From Stegostoma tigrinum (Eukaryota), in the NCBI RefSeq assembly GCF_030684315.1, contig NC_081371.1:20455440-20519439 (forward strand): 64,000 nt of DNA. The letters run 5' to 3'. Each line of letters starts with the position of its first letter. Within the stretch, counting starts at the first letter, position 1. This document shows positions 12,579-25,925 of the stretch, in pieces. The notes beneath the pieces were generated by a model. The model saw only the letters and a list, made by a program, of their open reading frames with translations, did not search any database and had not been told where the DNA came from. The position numbers were made by a program, and so were the translations under genes.

Positions 12579-13539
12579 GGTAGATCCAAAGAATCTCAAT
12601 AAAGCTTCCCTATTCCTCATCAACCATTGAAGAAATTTTGTCACATCTTTCCAAGGTAAAGACTCATCTAACTCTTCATACAAAGCATGGTGATCGGCAA
12701 ATAAAACTGGATGAAAGTACATTCTGATGCCATTCAGGAGATTAAATAGTTGAAACGTTTTGTCACTCTCTTCACTCTTGAGTAACTTGTCATAATTGAT
12801 TATTATGCTGATAAGTTGGAGTTAGATGAACCAATGTCAATGACTATCAGTGAGATTGTAGAATGCCTCAAAGCATTGTTGCAAGTTAACATGCAGTTTT
12901 GTTAATGAGTGATCATTTTCTTTGTGACCACATTTATTGGGTAACTTGTGCAGCTTGTAGCTGCAATTGATAGCTCATACAGTTTAATTTTGTGAAAACG
13001 TTGGGGTGTTTGGATAGTGTACTAGCTGGCTTACCACAGCTATTGGCCTCTACCTCCTTATGTGCCTTTGTGAGTGATCTGCAGCAGCCATTAAACACAT
13101 ATCACTTATAACAGTTGGTATGACTATATCGCAGAATTTGTTGTTGGCAAGGAATGGAACCTAACACTGAAAAACTTATCCAGATAACTTTAAACATTTA
13201 TTTAAAAAAGCATGACATAACATAATCACTAATATTCTTCTGAAGAGCATTTTTTAAAATAATAGGACTTTATTCAGACATTCTGCACTCAAAGTTCAGT
13301 ACATATGAAATTCAAACAAATTAGAAGTTAGTGTTACAATTATGAAAAAGGTGAAAAAAGTTAGTATTTTATGTTCTTGAAATGAACAATCAATGTGCTG
13401 GTTTAGTCCAGTGTGTTGAGCTGTTGGGCTAGAGGTAGTATATAGCTTCACATCCTTACACTTCAAAAGGTACACTGCCATATCACGAATGACAGCTCTT
13501 AAGTTTAAGATGAGTTAAGCCTCCAATTTTTCAATCTTG

Positions 13540-15090
13540 AACTAATGTGAATGCCCTTTAAATGTGAAATTCTGTCATGTAACAATGATCCTTACAAAGA
13601 GAATCTTTTACTGTGATATCCTTCATTAATCTTGTCTCATTATACATTACAGGTACAATCTTCTCAAGAAATTATCCCGAATACAATCTGAGAACTTGTC
13701 CTCAATGCAATCTTTGCCAATTTGATTCATTTAATCCATATAAAGACTGAAACTGCCCACAATTATTACTGTATTTTTCTTTAAAGCCTTCATTTTTTCT
13801 TGATTTATATGCTGACCAACAGTTCATTTACTATTAAGGGGCCTATAAAAACTCATTTATTTCTTTTGCTATTTCTTAGTTCCCCCCACAACGATGTTAC
13901 ATATTAATTCTCTGAATCAATATTATTTCTCACTAGTATACTGATCTCATCCTATTTAAACAAAGGTATCCCACAAACTTTTTACTTTCCTCCTTCCAAA
14001 ATGTCAACTACTCTGTATATTCAGCTCCCAGCTGGTGTCAGCTTGCAGCCTCGTCACCATAATAGCTATCACAACATGCTCATTTATTTCTGTTAGTGCC
14101 ATCAATTCATCCATCTTACTGTGAATGTTGCCACCATTTAGATAAACAGCCTTCTAGTTTGTCCTTTTAACACTTTACCCAACTCTGGCCTTATTTGCTT
14201 GTGCTCTCACCTTTGAATGTTCTGTCCTATCTTGTTACATTCCAGTTCTCCATACTGCTATCCTGCGTTGTTACCTTGTCCTTTCTTGTTAACTTTCCAA
14301 GTGTTCTCCAAACCCACCATACCCCCATTATTTACAGTATTTATCTGATTCACAGGACATGGTTTCAGCGTGGTTCAGAAAAAGATTATTCCAAAGGTAC
14401 TGCTCCTCTTTTCCCCATATTGATGCCAGTGCGCCATAATTCAAAACCCATTTCTCCCACAACCATGTTTGAGCCACACATTTAATTAATTATCTTGTCT
14501 TATTTAACCTCGGCTAATTTGCTCATTGTCAGGTAGTTATCCATAGATAATTAGCATTGTGATTCTGTTTTTTAATTTAGTTGCCAGCTGCTCATACACC
14601 TTTTAATCTACCTACATCGTTGGTACTTGGGCGGACAATGATGCCTTGATCTTACCCCTCTCAATCTAAGTTCCTGTTCAGCATCAAGGAAATGTCCTTA
14701 ATCCTGACACCAGGCATAGCATAGCCTTTGGAATTCATGGTTTTGATCACAGGGAACAGTATCTATTCTTCAACTTGTACTTTTCCCCGAACTGGTCACG
14801 AGTAGAACCACATTTCTTTCTTACTCCCATTGTGCTGTGGTCAGTTTGCTTATCTTCTCTGCAGTGCTTATGTGCATCCACACAAGCTGTCAGCGAATGC
14901 ATAGGCTGAAACTCCTTTGTTCTACCTTCTGAATACCTATACTTGACTCACTTGCAGGCACACACTCCTGTCCCTCATCAGACTAGATCTGAAGTATCTA
15001 AGAAGTGTGACTACCTCTTGGATCAAAGTGTCCAAATAACTTTCCCCCTCACTTACACATCACAGTGACAGTAACTTGGGCTCCAGCTCA
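13540..15090 (-). mobile_element. Old CR1-type LINE 5' portion (ORF1 esterase-like and endonuclease remnants)
   Basis: Minus-strand remnants like CLVSGLRTF.../PSTNDVGR at ~14600-14780, resembling CR1 ORF1 SGNH motifs (LPGA, HVGTND), with degraded endonuclease-like sequence downstream. Confidence 0.6.
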
Positions 15091-16208
15091 ATCTGGGTTT
15101 TAAATTAATAACAAATGGGTTGAGATTTCATCCCAACTGACCTTTCTTTATTGTGTTTAGATTCTCTTATCTGGTTCCCATCCTATACCTTTTGGAAATT
15201 CTAACTTACCTGAAACTCTGCTACCGATTATCTATCCTCACTGTCCTCTTCGACCGCTCAAAATTCTGCCTTCGTAACAGTTAATCATGTACCCCAGGAT
15301 CAAATTTTTAATAATGCCCCTGGGAAGTGTTATGGGCCATTTTTTTCACTAACAAAGGTGTATAATAGTTAAGTGCCATATTTGGGCTACAGGCCTTGTC
15401 TTGTTTATGCAATTAAATATGATAGGTCCCAGCTTCTTTCATGATAAACAGTCTTCCTGACAACATGGAGAGTTGGCATTCTTCTCAGACTCATGAGGAC
15501 CAAATTAGGAGGATAACTTGTGAGCCAAAATAAAATACTTCCAACATCATTGAGGTATAACAAAAACAAATCTCAAGAAGAGAGCAAATTGTAATAGTAC
15601 AACATTCCAAAATGTTTAAGAATGTTGTAAGATCATGTCAGACTGTTCTCAGGTATTGTTGTTATGATGATTGTTATGATTCTTCTGCTAGCCAGCGTTT
15701 TGCATCAGTCATGTTTTTCTGATTGATTCCAGTGGTGGGTGAGAGATACAAGGTGGCTGGTTCCTTTATAAAAAGTCTCTGATTTTTCAACATGTAACTA
15801 CTTTGCAGAGAAGATAAATAGGTTTACAGTGAGTTTTGATTGCAGAGAACAGCAAGGCTGCTCCTGAGCTTGGAAGAACTGAACATTTCTCCCTCTGTAA
15901 CTTGTTTCCAGCCCCAAGCTGTTCAGTTATCATAGAACCAATCATACAGTTGTTGGCAAGCAAAACGTTAGGTCACCAGTCCATAGACAAACAAACTTCT
16001 TGTTGCTACCAAATGCTGGGTGAATACACCTCCTCCGTTCAAATCATCTGCAATTCTACAATTACTGCTTATTCAACTACTTGGCTACATGATGCCTACC
16101 ATAGATGTAATATTACTTACTTACCTGCACCTATTATTTCAAACACTCTTTTAGGACAGCTTTCTCATTTCAGTCCCCAGTTTTTCAAAACACAAACAAA
16201 AATACACA

Positions 16209-17492
16209 ATTTAAAGTTTTGGCAAAGATCTGTAGCTCGGGTTGTGGGTGAGGTGATTGACTTGCTCGACGAGCTAACTTGTTCTCATTCAGACGTTTCA
16301 TCACCATGCTCAGTGACATCATCAGTGGAGCCTCCAATGAAGTGATGTTATTCTACTCCACTTAGAGTTTATACTGTCCGGACTATTATGGTAAGTAGTT
16401 TCATTTCCGGTTTTGATTTGTATGGATTTGTATATGGGGTCCAATTCTGTATGTTTGTTGATTGCATTATGGGTGGAGAACCACACCTCTCGGAATTCCC
16501 GTGCATGTCTATGTTTGGCTTGGGCTCCTATGATTACCTTGTTCCAGTTAAACTGATGGTCTTCATTGTCTGAGTGTACCGATATTAAGGAGAGTTCGTC
16601 ATGCCCTTTGGGTGCTGGTTGATGTTCATGTATGCTGGAGGTTAGTTTCCTTCCTGTCTGATCGATGTAATGTTTGTGGCAGTTGTTGCATGGTATTTTG
16701 TAAACCACGTTGGTTCTGCGTGTTGTGGGAGTAGGATCTTTAATCCTTGTAAGTGTTTGTTGTAGAGTGGCTGTGGGATTGTGGCCACAAAATGCAGAAC
16801 CAGCATGGTTTACAAAACACCATGCAATGACTGCCATGAACATTACACAGGAGAGACAGGAAGGAAACTAGCCATCAGAATACATGAACACCAGCTAGCA
16901 GCAAAACAGCACAATGAACTCTCCTTAATATCAGTACACTCAGACCATGAAGGCTATCAGTTTAACCGAGAAGCCCACAACCATTCTATGACAAACACTC
17001 AAAAGGATTAAAGACCCTATTGCCACAACATGTAGAACAATGTGGTTTACAAATACCATGCAATGATACAACAAACATTACTTCGGACATGCAGGAAGGA
17101 AACTAGCCATCAGAATGCATGAACATCAACTCGCAGCAAAAGGGTACAACAAACTCTCCTTAATATCAGTACACTCAGACAATGAAGAACATCAGCTTAA
17201 CTGGGACAAGGAAAACATAGTAAACCAAGCAAAATGTAGACATAGAATTCCACGAGGCGTGGTTCTCCACCCGTAATGCAATCAACAAATATATAGAATT
17301 GGACCCCATATACAAATCCAAATAGAACAAAACCGGAAATGGCACTACTCACCATAAAGGACCAAACAGAACAAATTCCAAGTGGAGTTGAATAACATCG
17401 CTTCATCGGAGGCTCCACTGATGATGTCACCTAGCATGGTGACAAAATGTCTGAACAAGAACAAGCCAGCTCGACGAATAAGTCAACAATCT
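16209..17492. mobile_element. Poseidon/Penelope-type PLE, inverted structure with internal partial duplication and 12-bp TSD
   Basis: GIY-YIG (VVYKIPCNNCHKHYIDQTGRKL..IHEH) on minus at 16322-16780 and twice on plus at 16781-17330; pLTRs at both ends; caaaaatacaca at 16197-16208 and 17493-17504. Confidence 0.9.
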
Positions 17493-17612
17493 CAAAAATA
17501 CACATTCCTTACAACAAAGCCTAGATTAAGTAAGAATAAGAAATGCAAATTCTGTGACTGTTAGTAAGTTAATTGAATGTGGCCTGAACATGTGCCCTAC
17601 ATTGATGAAACA

Positions 17613-18549
17613 CCCCTTTTGTCTGGTGTTTCCCATCCTTAACTACCACGTAATTACTTCTATATTCTTCTACACCATTTCCAGTCCAGATGCAAAGTAC
17701 CAACAGTCATATGACATTATTTCAGGTTTCCTCACTTAAGTATCGTTGAGGATATATTTCCACAAATTTCAGAAATTAATTTCTGACTGGCATGCTCAGC
17801 TTTTTTTGAAAGGCAGGATACGTTACATCATGAAGAGGCAATGGAGAGACCTATAGAAGCTTAATGCAGGAGCACAAGAAATAGCAGCAGCATTAGACTG
17901 AATAGTCCACCCATCAATCAATACAATAATGGCTGATCTTGGGCTTCAACTCAACTTCCACGTCCACTCCCTGGATCTCTCAACCCTGAATCCATGAAAA
18001 ACCAAAAATCTGTCTATTTTAGTCTTAAGCACATTCAATGCCGCAGCACCCATAACACTCTGGGTAGAAAGTGCCAAAGATTTTCTTCTCAGTTCATTTC
18101 TAAATGATTGGCTCCCCATCTGTGCCCCCAAGTTATAGGTTCGCCAACCAGCAGAAATGATGTCTCAGCATTTACCTTATCAAGCCCTTCAGAATCTTGT
18201 ACATTTAGCTACAATCACCTCTCATTTTTCCAAACTTAATGGAATATATATCCAATACACTCAGCTTCTAGTCATAGGATGAAACTCTCACTGCCAGGTC
18301 CAATGCAGTGAACCATTGCTGAAGTGTTGCAAATGTGAGCATACCCTTCTTTGAATTTGCAGACCAGAAGTGCACACAGTATTCCAGATGTGGATTCACC
18401 AAAACCCTGTACAATTGTAGCAAGACTTCTTTATTCATAGCTCCAGTCCCCTTTCAATAAAGTACTAAAGAGGCCATTTAGCCCCTTTTGTCTGGTGTTT
18501 CCCATCCTTAACTACCACGTAATTACTTCTATATTCTTCTACACCATTT
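17613..18549. repeat. Identical 68-bp direct repeats 801 bp apart
   Basis: ccccttttgtctgg...ctacaccattt at 17613-17680 and 18482-18549. Confidence 0.92.
17860..18480 (-). mobile_element. Old CR1 LINE 3' fragment
   Basis: Minus strand resembles the CR1 3' end (RVLVNPHLEYCVHFWS, FRNELRR, LNVLKTKIDRFL); heavily degraded. Confidence 0.75.
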
Positions 18550-19529
18550 ATGAAACCCAAAATTATCTTGGCTTTGTTAAGGCTTTATCGACTTTCATCC
18601 ACTTAATTGAGAAGGCAGTATCTTTCTGTCATTCACTGACAAATTTGAGAAAAAAACAAATTCTAGTGCTGATAGTAACTTCCTCCACCATCACAGTTGA
18701 ATCTATATATAATGAATTGAGTATTAATATAATGGATAATTGAAGGCCAGCAATGGAAAACAAACCTGAAGATTACAGTTAGCCTTTTCCCAGCTACAAA
18801 CTGTCAGCTAGCTGGATCTCATGCATATATGCAAGGTTCAGAATTTTCCATTACTTGCATGGCTCAATGCCCTCTAAAAAAAGCCTGTTGTGACTAATGG
18901 GCATGTGATCAGTTCACACTGTCAATCATCATGAAGTGTCTGAAACCTTATCTATATAGGTAGGAGAAAAAAACCAAATTTGTGGGGAATTGTTTAATTT
19001 TTAAATTTTCACATCAACAGTAAATAAACATATTTCAAATATTTAGCACCCAAGGGAAGATAAAGATAAACTTTGGTCTGGAGCCCGATCTATTGGTCAC
19101 ATCCATCGTTCATATTTCTGCACATCAATTCAATCTGTGGCAGCAGAGGATTGTGGCCATTTTACAAAGTTGCTATTTTTCTTTCACAGAAGCCTACATC
19201 TCTCCGGTGAATTCCTTCCGTCTTCAAAACTTCAAAATGGCTATGAACTTCAAGAGGAGACATGAGGTATTTTTCGTTAACAGACATCATTCTCCAAATG
19301 TGTGATAATAAAGATCTGCCTCTAGCTATTTCTTAAAACTTATCATATTAAACAAACTTGATTAGGAACCCAAGGCCACAGGATTCCTTACTTTCTTAGT
19401 AAACAGAAGCTCCACTAAATGTACTGTGGAACAATGTGTGCTAATGACATCTTAACCCTCAGAACGTGAGTTGGAGCAGTATAACTGGCTTCAGTGGTCA
19501 ACTGAAGAACTCAATGACCTCCAGCATAA

Positions 19530-19632
19530 ACAAAACAGAAATTGCTGGAAAAGCTCAGCAGGGGTCTGGCAGCATCTGTGAAGAAAAATCAGAGTTAATG
19601 TTTTGGGTCCAGTGACCCTTCTTCGGAACTGA
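19530..19632 (-). mobile_element. Short PLE pLTR-derived element (family B)
   Basis: Reverse complement cagttccgaagaagggtcactggacccaaaacattaactctg...; decayed hammerhead at its 5' edge. Confidence 0.65.
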
Positions 19633-21624
19633 AAATAAAAACTTGTGTGAACATTTGGTGAGGACAGGAATCAAAGTTACTTGGAATGTTCATCCTGATG
19701 GAATAATTTCACAAGGTTCCCTGCAAAGACTTTCCCTTAGTAAGGTATTAGCATGTTGCTGACAGCTGTGGAACTGTGCCGCTTGTGTGCAAGCATTTTC
19801 AGGACAAAAGGTTCAGGAGTGGACAAGCCAACATAAATATAAAATGCAAGATGACTTGTGAAGATGGCTATATTTCATAAAAGTGAATAAGTGCTTTTTT
19901 TTTCATTTCTTCTTTCAGTATCATCTCAAAGGCAGGATGATTTTGCAACTAGAATTAGCAATACGTAACCTCCTTTCAAACTTATCAATGCTAATCTTAC
20001 AAATCAACATGGAGATAGAAGAGTAGACTGCAATATTAATTCTCCTCCCTGTGGGTAAATTATGCTTGTTACTTTCTTCCAACAATAAGTCAACAATCAA
20101 AAATCTATCCTGCGGGGAAAGCATATATCATACTTCTCCACATAATGTGCCCATGTCGCCTCCTGGATTTTTCTGCATTTCAGCGAGTGAGCTAAACAAA
20201 ATGAAAATGGTTATGTGGAAGAACTGAAGCTGAATTTTTATCAGCCAGGATTATTTGCTTTCAGAGTAAAAAATGATCTGAAAAAAAGAAGTTGTTGCTG
20301 GTCTAATTTTTCTACCTACAACTCATAACTTACCGAGAGCAGGCTTCTCAAGATTCATTCATTTTAAGTGAAATCCACTGATCTTGGTTCAAAAATAAAT
20401 ACAAAATACAAAAAATATCCAAATCTATTTTGACATAACTCAACTTAAAAGTAAGTATATCTTTTATGTATAGCAATTTGCAAAACATGAAAAATTTTGA
20501 GCCAAACATAAGGTTGTCATTTGTGTAATCCATAACTCCTCTGTAATTGATTGATTTTGTCACTTTTTATTAAAACAGGGATTCCGTTTCTTGTTCTGTG
20601 TGGCTTTTTGAATAATTTGGGAACAATTTTAAATTTACTATCTAATTTTTAAAAGAAATATCTCATGTCCACTCAACCTCCCCTCTCACATCTGTGGGTG
20701 TGAACATTGCAGAACTGCAAACATCCAAGGTGACTCCAAAGCACCTTCCTGTGGGATGAACAGATCAATGCTTGGGGTACATCTGTTAACCCGATTGAAT
20801 GGAAAGTGCTGTATTGTAAAAACTTCTGGGATTTACTGATGATATAAACAACAAACAAAAACAACAGTAGCATGAATCATTTGTCAGCTACTGCCAGACT
20901 CTGAAGCATAAGATTCTGATCCATGTTTAGGCACAAATCTGATGTTATTTTCTTCTGACCTACTTTGATGCACCCAGAACAAAGTTCTTCGAAACAAGAA
21001 CTTATACAAGTTAAAATCACATATTTTTTAATCAAACCAATTTAAAGAGACACTATTTTTGTGAGATAAGTGTTTGTCACACCTTCTTTTTCATCATTCT
21101 GATTATGCCTTGCACAATTACAAGGGTCAAGATTCTGGAAAAACAGAATACAGTGACTTGCTGGTGCACGTGCAGTGGTGGAATAATTATGTTTACCACT
21201 GAGCTCAGATGTAATGGGTCCCTGATTGCAGACTCTGAAATGGGAAATACATGAGGGAGAGAGATAAAAGAAACAAGCAGAAACACACATTCAAATGGGA
21301 TCAGCTATTTTCATATCCCTAATTGTGGATATGGAACTTCTGGAGGCAAATATAAAAATAAGAACTTTCTTCCCTATACAAATTAATTTCTTTATCTAAA
21401 AACATTCACTGCTCACATAAATTAGCCAAATTATTGATATAGGTCACTGGGGTGCTACTTTGTCATTATACGGATCTTTAAACAATTACTGAATCTACCT
21501 TTTAAGTTGGAAATTTAGAGTAACCAAACAGTACATGTAAAATGGGTGTACATTGTAGTTGAAAGACCTTTCAGAAAAAATGTATTAGTTTGAGTTAGTT
21601 GGGTTCTATTTTTTATTCTTTGAG

Positions 21625-21960
21625 GGAATGTGTGTGTCACTGGCAAAGACAGCATTTGTGGCCCATCCCTAATACTCTGAACTGAACCAGGCCATTTCAG
21701 AAAGTGTTTAAGAGTTAACCCCATTACTGTGGGTCTGTTACCTGTTGACAAAACCAGTTAAAAACAGCAGAGTTGCTTCCCTAAAACACATCAGTGAACA
21801 AGACTGTTGTCATATCACCATGATTGAGAGTAGTTGCCAATTCCAAATTTTATTTATTTAATTTAAATTCCACCAGATGCCACATAGGATTTGAACTCAT
21901 GACCCCCAGAGCATTAACCAGACACTTTGGATTACATTACCACCATATCACTATCTTCTC
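21625..21960 (-). mobile_element. Old SINE or LINE-tail fragment
   Basis: 21625-21675 is a reverse-complement match to the LINE tail at ~58245-58300; a tRNA-like head remnant lies at ~21880-21950. Confidence 0.45.
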
Positions 21961-22329
21961 CAGTGAGGTTCTGTATTTCAGCAACAGGAATGCTGTATGC
22001 AGTATTACTGGCTGAAGTAAAAATTAAGTCAAAGGCAGATCAAAAACTGAAAGCCATTTGGTAAGGATGCTTGCACATATACAATGAACAATTACCAGAA
22101 CTATGCAGAGTAGACAGATCATGAGGCCTGTCAGTGTTCAATGCCGATTTAACACCAGTGGTATCATTTAGAGCTCAGTGTTCCTAATAATATTCTCTTT
22201 CAGCCTTGCATGAATGATTTCACATTCAACAGCAAAGACAGTTCAAACAAACGCTATATGAAAGGGTTATAAGTGCTTCAGCATTGGCTATTGGTTTATT
22301 TCTTCTGACTGTTACTTTAATTCTACAAG

Positions 22330-23700
22330 TGCTTGGTACTTTCTAAAGTTGTTTCAAATTACACACGTCTGCAGGGAGTGGTGTGGCAGCTGCTAAAGGA
22401 GTTTTTGCTGACTTCAAAGTTTTGGCATAAACCAGTTGCTCCCAGATATGGAATGCAGCATGACTTTGAGAATCAAAAGAACAAATGCAGAGCAGATCAA
22501 GCTGCAAGTAGACAGGTGGGGTGCAGGAGAAGATACTTCACAGCAGACCAGATCCAACCAAAGTGTCCAGGGAACAATTTTACTATCTGATGTTCAGAGA
22601 GAAGCAACATTTAACACGTATTCAAAAAGGATGTCCTTACTGGAATATGCCACTTGCTGCAGTCATAACTGCATAGAAGAACAAGGAAAGAACTGCACTG
22701 CCAGTGGTTGTGTAGCTGGCAGTAATGAAACTCTTTTCTGTGTCTGCCTTCTTCCAATCTGGAACTGGAGATATTTGCAACTTCTCACAGTTTGTACTGT
22801 TGCATTTGCGAGCTTATGAGGCTTTCTATCCAGTAAGAGTTTGATATTTCATGTTACTTCTATCACTGATTATCACAACATCCACTTGTCCATGATGCAA
22901 AACTAAAATCACCAAAAAATAAATATTTCAAAACAAATTTATAAAAGAAACCACCCTTTTGCAAACAAAACTAAACTAATCACTCCAGTTCATTCAGTGA
23001 GTTTACGTCTGTCTTAGTGTTCCTATGCAGGATGATCTGGCTACAACCTTGCTGGTGCAATGCAGCTAATTTCCAATTGAGGAGCCTGAAGATATCTTGA
23101 GAATGACAGAAACTGTGGGCCTTGAATATCCAGTTGTGGATTGCCCCATTTATGCATGGACAGCAAAGGTATAGGCAGGCAGGAGTGAGAGGACAACTGC
23201 TGTCTTCCTAAGAAAGATAAGTTCATGCCCCTTTAAGGAGTTGCCAACTCCCTGGGCAACATTTCAACAACCTCAGTAATCTGTTGTGAGGATTAACTGC
23301 TGGACTGCTGTGACACCTTTTAAGACCCATTGTAAACTCAAATTCATATTTGTTATTGTTCTATTGGGAAACTCAAGACATTTGATGCCAGCTACTTATG
23401 CTACAATGGAAGCTGTTTGTAGCTATCTTGTTTCGACTGCCTTTTTAGTGAGTCTGAGGGCTTTCTAGTCCCCTGCAGATAGATGTCAGTTCTTGCCACA
23501 TCCTCCATCAAGGCTTCTGGTGCAGGATTCAGGAACCTTGGGAGCTTGTTTTCTCTCATGTTGTGGCATTTTTCAATGTTTCCCAGTTCAGGATCACTGA
23601 TTATACAATTGCCATCTCCTGTTATAGAAATAATGTGTGTTCTTTTTAAGAACTAGAAACTGGCTTTTAGCCGTTAAAGGTACCTTTAAGCGGTGCTAAC
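22330..23700. mobile_element. PIF/Harbinger fossil with convergent transposase (+) and Myb/SANT-like (-) remnants
   Basis: Plus ~22560-22850: REQFYYLMFREKQ/FKKDVLTGICHLLQ/TALPVVV*LAVMKLFSVSAFFQSGTGDICNFSQF. Minus ~23400-23560: MRENKLPRFLNPAPEALMEDVARTDIYLQGTRKPS. Outer limits are uncertain. Confidence 0.7.
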
Positions 23701-25867
23701 CACTTACAGTAGCGGTACCGTGTTAATACATACAGCTAGAAAACAGCATGGTCAGCAGTGGGCAAAGATTGATATTATTGAACTCAGTGGGATAATTGTA
23801 ATTTATGATCCTTTGCACACATTTTTAGATGCTGTTGAATTTACCTTTGTTGTTTATCTGGAGCTGTCTATGCTCCATACTGGGTTTGTCAACTCTGCAA
23901 GAGAGAATGTAACTCATAATGTATTTTCAGACAGAATGGTATAGGCTTTACTCAAATCTAACCTTGAAGCTTTGTTGTTGAACATTTACTACTTTATTTC
24001 AATTTCTGACTTCCCCTGCCACAAAACTGCCACAAAACAAACTTGAATTCTGTGTTGCAGAGTCTAACCTACTAACCTGTCTTTGTAACCTTGCAGCTGC
24101 TGTCAGGTAACTATGGTCTGGCACGATTTCCCTGTCCAAGGATACTTGAAAGACTTCCCTCATGATTCTTGAATGCAAACCCCCATCAGAGCCCAGTTCT
24201 GTTTCTAAATTTGAGATCAGTGCTACTTCTTTATCTGTAGTCATCTGATCTAATTGCTGCATTTCCTCCTTTTGTACCCGCTCATTCCCACCAACACATT
24301 TCTATTTTATACTGTGATAAAGTACTCATTTATTTTCTCCATCATTCCCTTTGTCTTTCAGTAGCTTTTTTAAAATCTATAATCAGCCCTACTTTTAATT
24401 TTTTTATCAATGTGTTTATAATATTTTTACTATTTTCATATCATATTTTGAGACTTTTGACTAATTGTCCAAGGGGAAATTTCAGGATAGCATAAATAGA
24501 TCAATCATAGGAGTATACTTTTGGGTGAATTAAGGTTACTGAACCTTAAGCAAATATCAGTTACAGACCCAAAAAGTGCAATATCTTTCGTACCCTTTCT
24601 AAACTCTCTTTATGAAAAACAGGCTTTCTAGGTTAAATGTCTTCATCTTTTTAGTCATTGGATATTTAAAATAAAATCTGTCAGTGTTTTCAATGTCCAA
24701 TTGCATTTCACACGTTCTTCAGAACTGGCTTATTACTGAGATGTACACAGTAAGGGCTGAAGATGCACGCATCATTTTGTACGATTTGTGAGTAACCTGC
24801 ACATTCCCAGCAGGGCTGTGAAAGTAGCAGTGTACAGTGATTTTTCAATGTCAGGGCAGAGACCAATCTCCCCACCACCAGCACCAGTTATATTTAGCTA
24901 TGAGACAGTGCTGTTCCACTGCTGTCAACACTTTAGATGATGAGGGTAACATACACCTGTGAAAAGTCAAGGGGAGGGATTAAAGGGAAGAATAGGTAAC
25001 CAGATACAGCATACCAGGCCCAGAAACCTACAAACATCCTCAGAAAAAAAAGGACAGAGGATATTTCTAGTTTCATTCTCTTTCCCTCCCCTTTAGTTTC
25101 AAAGGCACATGCACACATGAATCAATCATAAATAATATGGTTAATGGATATTTATCATTGCAAAAGATAATATATTATTTTATTAAGCATTAAGTTAACT
25201 TTACACATATTAGCAATTGAAATACTTGTTGAATTGTAACCATTTCCAAGTACAACATGGAATCTGATACAGATTTCTTCATTTTCTCTTCCTGTCACTG
25301 CTTTAGATTGTCTTTTTTATGCCTGTAGCATGCGCATTGATAATTCTGGTAACTATATATAAACTTCTGTATTTTTTTCTGTTGTGTTTTGTAGCTGTAA
25401 CAATTGTGCCTTAGTTGCAGAAGCTACATCCATCCATGTGACTGTTCATTCAAATGATCAGGACAAACAGAAGATCGTCTTAAAATAAGGAATCATGATT
25501 GTCATCTAAAAAGCAAACTCTGACCTGCATGATTCTGTACAGGTGTTGACTGCGCCCCTACACATTCATGGAATGGAGGCTCTTGCAGCTGATGATGGCC
25601 ATGATGTTGTGTTTGTATCACAGACGTGCCAAGCATAAATATCCTAGATACAGAATAATACATTATACTGCCAGTTTTCAAGAGAAAAAAAATGTTTATT
25701 TTCCCAAGAGAAGAATATACCAGAGACACGCTAAATATAGTAAGAGTGATATAGTCAATTGATATTATATATTGATGTTCTGGGTTATTGCATAATAAGC
25801 CAGATGCTTAATGTGGGAGATTGTAGTACCTTAATTCTATAGTCTGCCAATGTTGGCATTTGTCAGC

Positions 25868-25925
25868 AGAACATGTTCCAGCAGACACGTTGTTTCCCCA
25901 GTGAATCTGCTGGAACAGATGTTCT
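25868..25925. other. Imperfect hairpin (~58 nt)
   Basis: agaaca-tgttccagcaga pairs with tctgctggaaca-(ga)-tgttct: 12 bp plus 6 bp with a 2-nt bulge; cac/gtg can also pair in the loop. Confidence 0.7.

Larger units (their letters stand above)
10600..13113 (+). mobile_element. Internally deleted Gypsy-like LTR retrotransposon with two short diverged LTRs
   Basis: 5' LTR ~10600-10720 ends agccattaaacacacgtcacttgtaaca and is followed by a PBS-like TGGTGTCAGGA. 3' LTR ~13007-13113 ends agccattaaacacatatcacttataaca. Gag remnant FLFNTRAQGE...ESZEFGQLKDDL (Z = stop) at ~11130-11240. No clear TSD. Confidence 0.75.

Noticed and set aside
17415-17455. Hammerhead copies at ~17415, 10340, ~47929 and ~53866 as active ribozymes
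   Set aside because: Conserved core nucleotides are mutated (GAAA>AAAA or altered CUGA).
19190-19266. Plus-strand 77-nt exon-like segment (tttttctttcacag|...gag|gtattt)
   Set aside because: Good splice signals but no partner exons, promoter or recognisable peptide; cannot be supported from sequence alone.
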